From an uncultured candidate division Zixibacteria bacterium (lineage in GTDB: Bacteria > Zixibacteria > MSB-5A5 > UBA10806), in assembly GCA_963801605.1 (NCBI GenBank), contig CAWDFP010000001.1, forward strand, positions 1-24,426: DNA of 24,426 nt, in the 5' to 3' direction. The notes under the pieces were generated by a model that was not told the origin of the DNA, ran no database searches, and worked only from the letters and a program-made list of their open reading frames with translations. A program made the position numbers and the translations under genes. This document shows positions 1 through 10,379 of this stretch, in pieces. Position 1 is the first letter of the stretch, and every line of letters starts with the position of its first letter.

Positions 1-351
1 TTTGATGGCGGTATTCACATCGATTGATTCTGGCCCGAGGCAAGGAGACGCCAGGGTCTCGATAATTTACGCGCCGTCGACCTTTGCATCGGCATTTATC
101 GGCGGGATCCCGTTGGGAATAGTGGTTTCCATCGGCGGCTCGGGAACCTGGGCGGCGGCCGTTGGGCACGACATCCGCGACACCAAGAGGCAGAGCTGTG
201 ATTATCATTCTGGGGCGATTACTATTATTCTATCATTGCCGGGTCTTAGGGGCCGCAAAATGACAATCCCGTTGAAGACATATTCATTTTTGGTAATTCT
301 GAGTTTTGTGGTGACATTCATAACATTTTCTCAATCCCGCACTCAATTTAA
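1..351 (+). pseudogene. 3' part of the membrane protein, inverted-arm copy (frameshifted; may be an artefact)
   Basis: MAVFTSID..FIGGIPLGIVV..LSLPGLRGRKM matches 5660-6469; TAA at 349-351. Confidence 0.75.
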
Positions 352-353
352 GC

Positions 354-1813
354 ATGCTGGAAATTGAAAAACTGGCGGAAATCGCGATGGGCAGTACCGC
401 TTGGCGCCACATATGCCGATTGCCGTTATGTAGAAATTAAAGAAGAGTTTGCTCTCATAGCACTGATGGCGCTCCCGAGGCGAAAGTGAGACTACCGATA
501 TCGGATTTGGAGTGCGCGTTGTGGCCGATGGCGCCTGGGGCTTTTTCGGCTCCTCGGTGCTAACAGAGAAGAGGCCAGGCGTGCCGCCGACATGGCGTGG
601 TATCCACGAGCGGCTCCGCCATAGTAAACAAGTCACCGTTGGAACTTTCCCCGGTCTCCTCCTACGTCGACAGCTACTCATCTCCCTGCCAGAAGGATCC
701 CTTTGGTATTCCCGCTGTCAGAAGGAACTTGGGTTATCTTGCCAATCTCGATTCACTTATGGCAGACAACAGCCGGAACATGCCTAAAGGTGCAATCCGC
801 CATCTCGATTTCCGCAAAACCACATCATATTTTGCCTCAACCGCTGGTTCGAAAATTCATCAATCAATTATTCACAGTGGTTGGGAATTGAATTGGGAGT
901 AAAAAAGTCTTGTCGCGAAAATTATGCGCGAAGTTTTCCTCAAAAAAACGGCGGCCAATAACGAGTCAAAAGGATATGAGCTATTAAGTGAAATTGTAAT
1001 TTCGCCAACGAGATACCACGCTTGTCGGAGCAAGTGATTGCTCTTTCCACCGCCGCCGATTGTCCGCAAACGACATCATCGCTGGTGTTGGAAAGCTCTG
1101 TTGTAGGCCTGGTAATTCATGAACTCGTCGGCCATCCCTTAGAACTTGACCGAGTCTTCGGCTCGGAGCGAAACTTTTCCGGCACCAGTTTCGCAACAAC
1201 GGACAAGTTAAGATAGCTATACGGTTCATCGATAGTAAATTTCGTTAATGATGCCACGCATCCATATGGCCTGGGGTCTTTCGGAACACCACGATGAAGG
1301 AGTTAAGGCATACAGGAGCGATCTCATAAGATGGTCTTTTGGTGGGATACCTCTCCTCGCGCGAAAAACGGAGAGCGCCAAAACGATTTCCGTGATTCGA
1401 AGTGTCGGGCGCCATGCGGGCTGATGGCTGGGAATATTCCGATCATTCGTATGACCAACACCAATATCATCCCCGTTCAAAAATCCCCGATTTTTCGGCG
1501 GCTGCGGCGACGGCAATCACGTGTCAACTATATCATCCCGGTCTCTATTGGATTATTTCGTCGAGTTTCGGATTGGTTGCGAGATTGCCTGGGAGATTAA
1601 AGGGAAAGCTGGGACAGGTTTACAAGAATCCCACTTTCTCAGCACGGACAGTCGATTTCTGGAATTCCGTTGCGCGATAGGGAATGTAGTTTACCTATAA
1701 GGTTTGGGGCACACCCAATTGCGGTAAGGGCCAGCCCGGGGAGCATAACGCACGCACCTGGGATGGGTGGAGCCGCACTTTTGGTTCTCAATGTAAAGGT
1801 GGGCTGCGCATGA
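354..1813 (+). pseudogene. tldD: TldD metalloprotease, inverted-arm copy (many frameshifts)
   Basis: Fragments GVRVVADGAWGF, HELVGHPLELDRV, IRMTNTNI, and GGCACACCCAATTGCGGTAAGGGCCAG (GTPNCGKGQ). Confidence 0.8.
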
Positions 1814-2962
1814 TTGACGATAAGATTATCGATTCTTTTCCGGACAGCGATAAAATCATCGCGCGCCTGATTAAACCGAGTTGTATGCGGAATCCGAGGA
1901 GTTTTACCTGACCCGCTTTGCCGAGAACCTCATTATGAGACAATGGCCGAGTTGCGATTCCGCTATCTGGTGCCGCGCGGTTGTTGGGAAAAAAGGTGGA
2001 GGTGGCGCGTTCCAACGATCCCACCAAGAATGGCATTAATTCCCTTCTTAAAAAGCGCGCTGGATGTAGCCAATACGAGTACTCAAGACCCCGATTTTTC
2101 CTCGCTTGTAAAATCGGACAAAGCCCCTGTTGGAAGGGCTTTTTCGAGAAGAGTTATAAATACCCGCCGGAATTGCGTGCCGATGCTATCGCCACAATTG
2201 TTGCCCGTGCGAAATCCGGCAATCTCAACTGCGCCGGGGATTACCACATTCGGAACCTCCCACGTGTGGTAAATTCACTTGGCACAGGCAAAGTGTTCGG
2301 AAAAGTATCCGATTATAGATTTTCCATCATCAACGCCCCGAACGGGCGTTCCGGATGGTCCGCAGGCTGCCGGACGAGATGTTCATAAATTCGATTATAT
2401 GGCGGTTGCCCAGCGGGCGCTCGATAAAGCATCCTACCCGGGTGAGGCTACAACGCGGCAAGCGGGCCAGTACACTGTGATATTCGAACCGGAACCGCTG
2501 AAGCGCAATTTCCTTTATTTCTGGCATTTTTGGGGTTTGGAGGGAAAACCCTCTATCAAAAACGAAGGTAGATGAGCGAGAAGATTGGCCGAGCAAGTTG
2601 GCACCCATTATTACTATCACCGAAGACCCAATGAATCCTCAGATGGCATATACTCCTTTTGATTATGAAGGTGTTACCAGAAAAAAGGTTGTGATGGTAG
2701 AAAACGGTATCGCCCGCGACGGCGTTTCTGACAGCTATTTCGCCAATCTGGCTGGTAAAACCACATGCAATGCCCTTGCGCCCGACAACAATTTCGACCT
2801 AAAGCCATGGTACTTGGCGGAGGAGATAAAACGGTCGATGAGATGATCAAGCTTGACCCCATCCGGGATTTATATTACCTGTTTTCGGTATCTGAACTAT
2901 CTAAATCCGATGAAAACCATGGTGACCGGTTACACTCGCGACGGCAGCTTCCTTATTGAGGA
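1810..2962 (+). pseudogene. pmbA: TldE/PmbA-family protein, inverted-arm copy (frameshifted, cut at the junction after FLIE)
   Basis: ATGA overlap with the tldD copy. Fragments MIDDKIID, GQYTVIFEP, PFDYEGV, TGYTRDG. Confidence 0.75.
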
Positions 2963-4215
2963 ATCAGACGCTGCTCGCTTGAGATCATCTCGGCATTGGA
3001 GAACGCTTCCACCATCGATTGCTGCACACGCATATCAGCCATTGGCTTGGTGATCTTGCCATCCTCAATAAGGAAGGTGCCGTCGCGGGTGTAACCGGTC
3101 ACCATGGTTTTCATCGGATTTAGAAAGTTGAGATACCAGAAACGGGTAATATAAATCCCAGATGGGGTCGACTTTATCATCTCATCGACCGTCTTATTTC
3201 CGCCGTCGAGTACCATGGCCTTGGGATAGGGTCCGTAATTGTTGTCGGGCGCAAGGGCATTGCCTGTGGAGGTTTTACCAGCCAGCTTGGCGAAATAGCT
3301 GTCGTAAACACCGTCGCGGGCGATACCGTTTTCTACCATGACAACCTTTTTTCTGGTAACACCCTCATAATCAAACGGCGTATATTGCATCTGAGGATTC
3401 ATTGGGTCTTCGGTGATAGTGATAATAGGTGCCATAATTTGCTGGCCGATCTTGTCGCTCATATAGCTTCGTTTCTGATAGAGGGTCTTCCCTCCGAACC
3501 CCAGAAATGCCAGAAATAGCAGGAAATTAGCTACGGCGTCCGGTTCCAGTATCACAGTGTACTGGCCCGCTTGCAGCGTTGTGGCCTCGCCCGGATAGGA
3601 TGCTTTATCGAGCGCCCGCTGGGCGACCGCGAAATCGAATTTTTCGATATCTCTTCCGGCGGCCTGAGACCATCCGGAACGGCCGTTAGCGGCCGCGGCT
3701 GTCAAGGAAAATCTATACTCGGATACTTTGCCGAACTGCTCAGTGCCGAGTGAATTTACCACGCATAGCGAGGTTCCCGATGTCTGATAAGTCCCGGCCA
3801 GTTGAGATTGCCGGATTTCGCACGGTCACCATTGTGGCGATAGCATCGGCACGCGATTCCGGCGGGTATTTATAACTCTTCTCGAAAAAGCCCTTTCCAA
3901 CAGGGGCTTTATCCGATTTTGCAAGCCCGGAAAAATCGGGGTCTTCAGTACTCGTTTTGGCGACATCCAGAGCGCTTTTAAGAAGGGAATTGATCCCTCT
4001 TTGGTGGGATTGTTGGAACTCGCCACACCCACCTTTTTCCCAACAATCGCGCGGCACCAGATAGTGGAATCGCTTCGGCCCATATTCTGGTGAATGAGGT
4101 TCTCGGCAAAACGGGTCAGGTAAAACTCCTCGGATTCGCATACAAATTCGGTTTGATCGGCGCGCGATTTTTTTATCGCTGTTCGGAAGAGATCAATAAT
4201 TTTATCGTCAATCAT
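2953..4215 (-). CDS. pmbA: TldE/PmbA-family subunit (frameshifted; C-terminus probably cut by the inversion junction)
   Basis: MIDDKIIDLF..LTRFAENLIHQN..GQYTVILEPDAV..PFDYEGV..MVENG..STGNA..GIYITRFWYLN..TGYTRDGTFLIEDGKI. No HExxH motif. Directly follows tldD with an ATGA overlap. Confidence 0.85.
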
Positions 4216-5656
4216 GCGCCGCCCACCTTGACATTGGAACCAAAAATGCGGCTCCACCCTGCCCGGTGCGGGCGTTCTGCCCGGGCTGGCCTTTACCGCA
4301 ATTGGGTGTACCCCAGACCCTATAGGTAGACTCATCGCCTATCGCCGCAACCGAATTCCAGAAATCGACTGTCCGTCCTGAAAATGTGGGATTCTTGTAA
4401 ACCTGTCCGAGCTTTCCGCCTTTAATCTCCCAGGCGATCTCGCAACCGAATTCGAAACTGGAGCGATCATCCGATGGCGACCAGGATGATATAGTTGACA
4501 TGTAGATGCCGTCGTCGACGGCCGAGAAAAGCTCCTCAAGAGAACTTGACCGGGGATGATATTTGTATTGGTCATCCGCACTAACGGAATATTGCCCCAG
4601 CCATCGGCCCGCATCGCGCCCGATGAATCGCTCTCGATATCCTCGTCGCCGTTTCCCGCGAGGATAGATATCCCACCAGCATCCCATTTTTTATGAGATC
4701 GACACTGCGAGCCTTGACTCCTTCGTCATCATATCCGAAATGAGCCGAGGCCATAAGGATGCGTGGCATCCGAAACAAAATTTACTATCGATGAAGCGTA
4801 TTGCAGCTTATCAAGCTGATCAGTGGTCGCGAAACTGGTGCCGGAGAAATTTCGCTCCGCGCCGAATACTCGATCAAGCTCCAGCGGATGTCCGACCAAT
4901 TCATGAATCACCAGGCCGACAACCGAGCTTTCCAATACAAGCGTCGATGCCGATGGGCAATCTTCGGCGGTCGAGAGAGCAATGACTTCCTCCGTGAGAC
5001 GTGGAATCTCGTCGCGAAATCAAATTCGCTTAGAAGCTCATATCCCTTAGACTCATATTGGCCGCCGTTTTGCGGATAGCTTCGCGCAAATCTTTCGCGA
5101 CGAGACTTTTTTACTCCCAGATCAATCCCCACGCCGCTATGAATTATTGTCTGATGAATTTTCGAACCAGCGGTTGAGGCAAAATACGATATAGTTTTGC
5201 GGAAATCGAGATGGGCGTTACGACTGTTAATCTGGCTGTTGCCTGCCATAAGTGAATCGAGATTCGCCAGATAATCCAGCTTTTCTGTTAGTGGAATAGC
5301 AAAGGGATCCTTCTGGCAGGGAGATAAGTAGCTGTCGACATAGGAGGCAACCGGGGAAAGTTCCAACGGTGACTTGTTGACTCTGGCAGAGGCTCGTCGA
5401 TTTTCACCGCCATCTCGGCCGCACGCCTGGCCTCTTTTTCTGATAGCACCGATGAGCCGAAAAAGCCCCAGGCGCCATCGGCGATAACGCGCACTCCAAA
5501 TCCGATATCGGTTGTCTCGCTGATGGCCTCGGGAGCGCCATCGAGATATGAGTGCGATTCTCTTTGATTTCTACATAACGGCAATCGGCGTATGTCGCGC
5601 CAAGCGATTTCGCTTTCGCAATTGCGATTTCGGCTAATTTTTCGAATTTGCGTCAT
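4212..5656 (-). CDS. tldD: TldD metalloprotease catalytic subunit (frameshifted)
   Basis: GFGVRVIADGAWGF, metal-binding motif HELVGH, YDDEGV, RMTNT, C-terminal CGKGQP. Confidence 0.92.
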
Positions 5657-5659
5657 ATC

Positions 5660-6469
5660 TTAAATTGAGTGCGGGATTAGAAATGTTATGAAAGTCACCA
5701 CCAAACTCAGAATTACCAAAAATGAGTATGTCTTGGACGGGATATATCATTTTGCGACCCCGTAGACCCGGCAATGATAGAATAATGTAATCAGCCAGAA
5801 TAATAATAGCAGCTCGGTCTTGGTATCGGTGATATCGGTGCCCAACGGCCAGCCGCCCCATCCCGAGCCGCCAAAGGTCTGTCTGAAAACCACTATTCCC
5901 AGCGGTATCCCTCCAATATATGCCGATGCAAAGGTCAATAGCACATAAAGTATCGAGAGCCTGGCGTCTCCTTTGCCTCGGGCCAGATCAATCGATGTGA
6001 ATACTGCCATTAATCCGAAAAATATGGTGGCAAACATACATAAGATATGGGCTACAAGAACAACATGCGTGACATTCCCCTTGAATTTTATGACCTGGTC
6101 GCCTGCAGTCGGGAAAGTTGCTATTTTGATATTATTCTTATAGACTTCGATATGATAATACTGCTTGCTGCCCTTTTCTTTTGCGGGAAGAGTAACTTTG
6201 TAGACACCGTTTTCCGGAGTCATGTTAAGCTCCTGATAAGGACCGCCAGGTTGATCGGAGAAGCGGACAACCGCTACTTCCGTATCAGTCTTGGTTGCCT
6301 TTAACGCCACTTGAGCGCCGTCGCTAAAACCCTCAGTCGCTGTTTCGTGAGTGAACGTGATCCCGTGAGTTTCGGTCAGATACTCCAGGGAATGCCTCAT
6401 CGACGTTCGACGGGCAATTCCCAGAAGCAGCACTGTTAAGAGCACCGCCAAGATTATGCGGATTTTCAT
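5660..6469 (-). CDS. Uncharacterised membrane protein (N-terminal signal/anchor, soluble domain, about 4 C-terminal TM helices)
   Basis: [17 protein letters not shown]; hydrophobic segments VVLVAHILCMFATIFFGLMAVF and SILYVLLTFASAYIGGIPLGIVV; motif GWGGWPLGTDITDTKT; ends LIPHSI-TAA. Confidence 0.8.
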
Positions 6470-7558
6470 TCCTTGACTCTTCTCCTCAAGTTGAAGTTGA
6501 TACGATGCCTTTTTGGCCCCATCGATCAGTTGATCGAGATCGCCGTTTAGAACATCTTCCAGATTATATAGCGTCAAACCAAACCGGTGATCGGTAACGC
6601 TGATTTTGCGGATAATTATAAGTTCGGATTTTTTCGGAGCGATCGCCGGAGCCAACCTGAGTCTTTCGCTGACGGGCAATATCGGCCTGCTTGCTCCTGT
6701 ATGGCGTGATCGAGCAAACGGGCCCGAAGCACCTTCAGGGCTTTATTTTTATTTTTAAGCTGCGATTTTTCGTCCTGACAGGTAACCACTGTTCCCGTAG
6801 GAATATGCGTAATACTAACCGCCGAATCGGTAGTATTGACCGATTGGCCGCCGGGACCGCTCGAACGGTAGACATCAACCTTGAAATCGTTGGGATCGAT
6901 TTGTATATCGACATCCTCGGCCTCCGGCAGAACCGCCACGCTGGCCGCCGAGGTGTGAATTCGCCCTGATGCCTCAGTTTGCGGTACCCGCTGTACCCGG
7001 TGCACGCCTGATTCCAGCTTCAGATTCGCCGTAGGCCCCTTTGCCCTCGACTGCGAATATGATCTCCTTGAGGCCACCGATTCCAGTGTCATGAGTGTTC
7101 ATGACATCGATCTTCCAGCCCTTTGTTTCGATATACTTGGCATACATGCGGTAAAGATTGGCGGCAAATAGCGCAGCCTCTTCTCCGCCTGTACCGGCGC
7201 GGATTTCGATAATCGCGCTTTTCTCATCTCCTGGATCTTTGGTATCAGCAGGATTTCAAGCTGCGATCTGCTAACTGGAAATCCGTGGTCTCAAGCTCGG
7301 TCGCTTCGATCTGCGCCATCTCGAGAAGCTCTTGATCGTCGGTGGAACCAGCAATTCACGGTTATCATCAAGTTCTTTCAGTACTTTGACGATACTGCTT
7401 GCCCCTTTTCCAGATCTCCGTTAAGTCGGCGTGCTCTTTGGATAACTCGCGATAACGGTTCTTATCCGTCATAGTCTTGGGATCGGACAGTAATTCCGTT
7501 ACTTCGGCAAAGCGTTTTTCGGCCTGTTTCTAAAATTTTTATCAGATTCTGATGACAT
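6466..7558 (-). CDS. prfA: Peptide chain release factor 1 (frameshifted)
   Basis: [22 protein letters not shown] (RF1 PxT motif), [16 protein letters not shown] (GGQ), [20 protein letters not shown]. Both ends are approximate. Confidence 0.95.
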
Positions 7559-7586
7559 AATATTTTATGGCTTTTTTTATAATGCG

Positions 7587-8571
7587 TTAAGCGGGTTTGG
7601 ATCGAGCGAGGTGCCCGGAAATGGAACACTTAAGGGCCGTCATGGCAACCTCAACCTGATCATCCGATGGCTCACGGGTAGTAATATGCTGTATCCAGAG
7701 ACCCGGCGCTATCAGGAATTTGGTTAATGATATTGTTTCTGGTTTTGCCGGAGAGCTTCAACAGCTCAAATGATATTCCCGCCACAAACGGCAGGAATAA
7801 GAGATGCGTGGCAAATCGCTCGAACACTCCCGGCCCATGTCCGAATATTACTGCAAATAGCGAATCCGAAATCGAATATGTCAGTATCGCCAATAGCGCC
7901 ACTATCAATATAAAGCTCGTACCGCAGCGAGGATGATGAATGTCGTGAAACGATGTGAGTCGATTCGATTACCAACGGCAAATCTGCCTCGAACGCGAAT
8001 ATCGATTTATGCTCGGCGCCGTGATACTCGAATAAGCTGCCTGAAATTCTTTGAACTGCGATAGCATCCAGACATAGCCGATGAAAATTATCACTCTGAA
8101 TTGCCTCCGGCGACCAGATTAAATCCCATCGCCTTTTCTATTGATCGCCATCAGTTGTGTCAGCAAGAATCGGCAGAAAAAAGAAAATAGCCAGACCAGC
8201 GCCAAGAGACAGCCATTACGGCCGGCTATTGCTAAATTAGTTCTGAGTGGTTTTCTGATGTCTGACATCTTCCGGGATCGTGGATCGCTTAGTCGCCATT
8301 TCGGCGGAGTAATTCAGCGTTTTTATCCCCAACACCAGCATCTCAAAAAACGAAAATATGCCTCTTATAATCGGTTTTCCAAGATACTTGTATTTCTTGG
8401 TGAGCGAGATATACTCTTCTGTTTTGGTGACAATCTGGCCATTGGGCAACGGACCGATGTCGAGATCTTTTCGGGCGATTTCATCATCACGCCCTCGATT
8501 ACCGCCTGACCGCCGACATTCTTATCGACTGCCCAGAACGGCCACAATAATCCGGCTGTTATTTTTTTCAT
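7587..8571 (-). CDS. DUF1385 (YqhQ-like) membrane protein (frameshifted)
   Basis: [50 protein letters not shown]. The rpmE-DUF1385-prfA context is typical for this family. Confidence 0.9.
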
Positions 8572-8586
8572 GGCTTTTTTGACAAT

Positions 8587-8618
8587 AAAAAAATAGGCCC
8601 AAACGGGCCATATTTTTT
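8587..8618 (-). terminator. Probable intrinsic terminator after rpmE
   Basis: Minus strand reads GGCCC-GTTT-GGGCC followed by TATTTTTTT. The stem is short. Confidence 0.5.
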
Positions 8619-8631
8619 AAAATTGCCCCTA

Positions 8632-8846
8632 TTACTTGCCTTTGTTTTTTCGATTCCGTATTTGCGACGGAAACGCTCAACACGACCAGCAGTATCGATA
8701 AGTTTCTGCTTCCCTGTAAAGAACGGGTGGCAGTTTGAACAAATTTCTACGCTGATATCTTTTACGGTGGAACGAGTATCTATAATATTGCCGCAAGCGC
8801 AGCGAATCTTAGTCTCGTAATATTTCGGATGAATACCTGCCTTCAA
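8632..8846 (-). CDS. rpmE: 50S ribosomal protein L31, zinc-binding type
   Basis: TTG start after [51 protein letters not shown]. The stop is inferred by restoring one base in an A-run (KNKGK-TAA-TAG). Confidence 0.97.
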
Positions 8847-8927
8847 AACATAGCCTCCTTTCAATCGACATATAATAATTAATAATAAATCCGCAATCCC
8901 TATTTTTCATTTCGAAATCACTCTCTC

Positions 8928-10379
8928 TTACTTGATTAATAGCAGTTTTATAGTCTTATCGCGTTCTACAACTGCTTTCCGGTCAACCTCTAAGCGGGCA
9001 AAATATAAGCCACTTACGCAATTTGAGCCACTCCCATCCTTCCCTATTCCGAAATACCGTACTTATATCGCCCTCAGTTCCCAAATTAAGCCGTCTGACA
9101 ACCCTACCCAGCATATCGTAAATAGCTACTTTTGCCGCCCCAGCTCCCCTGCGAACTCTGTACTTAATTAGGGTTTCGCTATTAAACGGATTGGGGTAAT
9201 TCTCAAGAAGACCGAATTCGGTGGGATGCTCAGAATCCGCGTCAACGTTATTCACTCTATCATCAATGATAACCATTGCCTGAGGACCATCACCCATTCC
9301 ATAAGTAGCGACAATCTGACCGGCGGAGTTAAGCTTGGTAAAGATATCGCTCCCATAATTGCAGGAGTAAAGAAACCCCAGCGAATCTACCGCGAGCGAC
9401 CAGACTCGAAGACCGGATAATATTGGATTTGAGGGGCCATGAATGAATTCTGACCGGTCATAGCGTTATAAGAAAGATAGTCCCATGATCGCTCCATCCC
9501 CCCGCGGCCAGGTAGGCGATCCTGTCCGAGCCAACTACCCCCATCGACGGTTGACCTCCGATCAAAATGGAGTCTTTTATTGCATCCAACTGAGGATTAT
9601 AGATATAGATGGTGCCGAAAATATCGGCGTAGTTTCCGGTGCAAACAATATGAAGATTGCCGTCAGGCGCGGCGAATATTGCCTGGGGATTTTTACCGAC
9701 ATTAATCTCCCCTTTTCAGAGCGAAACTGGTAAGATTGATTATCGCCATCCTCCCCTGGCCGTAGGAGAAATCACTCGAATTAAATCTGGTTTGGGCAAC
9801 ATACAGGTGGTTTCGTAGTACCAGCGGATATTTCTCCGGGCATCCGCCGATTACGATTTCGCCATGTGGCTGGCCGGTATTTTGATCAATTCGGTCAACC
9901 TCCCCGGATACCAGGCAACTGACATAGGCGTAATAACTGTCAAGTACCACTGAATAAGGATTTGATCCAACCTGCAGCGGGATATCAAAAACTTGTTGGA
10001 AGGTTTGGGGATCAATTTTTTGAAGATTAGCCGATATGGAGTTAAGCACATATATGAAACCGCCGCTGTAGGCAATATCGTTTGGGGTATCTCCCAGGAC
10101 GGTGACATGGTTCTGGCACTTTCCCCGTAGCCAGGTTGATATGAGAAAGGGTCTCGCCAGATTGTTGATGACAAACGCCTGAGGTTGGGCATGGGTTGTG
10201 GTTCGCGCTATTAAAAGAACGATTAAGAGCAATGGGGCTATTGAAAAGAGCTTGTTATGATTATAGAAAAAATGGGCACAATAAATTGTGCCCCTACATA
10301 AAGAAATTAGCAATTGCCTGAAATATAAAAGCCGAAAATCTAACCTGATTAGTAGTAATTTTAAAAATGGTTTTATCAT
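8928..10379 (-). CDS. YncE/BtuG-like beta-propeller with C-terminal T9SS-type-A/FlgD-Ig-like domain (frameshifted)
   Basis: GGAGG 6 nt before the ATG, which overlaps the receptor stop. Blade repeats LGDTPNDIAY..IYVLNS, VGSNPYSVVL..AYVS, IGGCPE..LYVA. Tail ENYPNPFNSET..IYDMLGRVV..SGLYFARL..KLLLIK. Confidence 0.75.
10274..10297 (-). repeat. GTAG-type REP-like palindrome
   Basis: Minus strand GTAG-GGGCACAAT-TT-ATTGTGCCC, a perfect 9-bp inverted repeat. Single copy in this window. Confidence 0.5.

Larger units (their letters stand above)
1..6014. repeat. ~3 kb inverted repeat (arm A 1-2962, 99-nt spacer 2963-3061, arm B 3062-6014)
   Basis: TTTGATGGCGGTATTCACATCG at 1 matches the reverse complement ending at 6014. 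CCTTATTGAGGA at 2951-2962 is the reverse complement of TCCTCAATAAGG at 3062-3073. The same peptides (HELVGHPLELDRVFG, APIITITEDPMNPQM, NPMKTMVTGYTRDG) occur on opposite strands. Confidence 0.97.

Noticed and set aside
2953..6469. RiPP cluster implied by TldD/E
   Set aside because: No precursor peptide, YcaO or other modification enzyme is visible in the window.
5747..6679. Apparent in-frame fusion of the RF1 C-terminus to the membrane protein
   Set aside because: One indel would give ...AAG GAA TGA overlapping the ATG at 6469, which begins a clear signal/anchor sequence. A cytoplasmic RF1 fused this way is implausible.
6466..7558. RF2-style programmed frameshift
   Set aside because: The protein has the RF1 PxT motif, not SPF. 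It has several scattered frameshifts rather than one early CTT-TGA site.
8568..8864. 98-aa extended L31 from the ORF track
   Set aside because: The SD supports TTG at 8846, and the C-terminal extension disappears when one A is added in the homopolymer.
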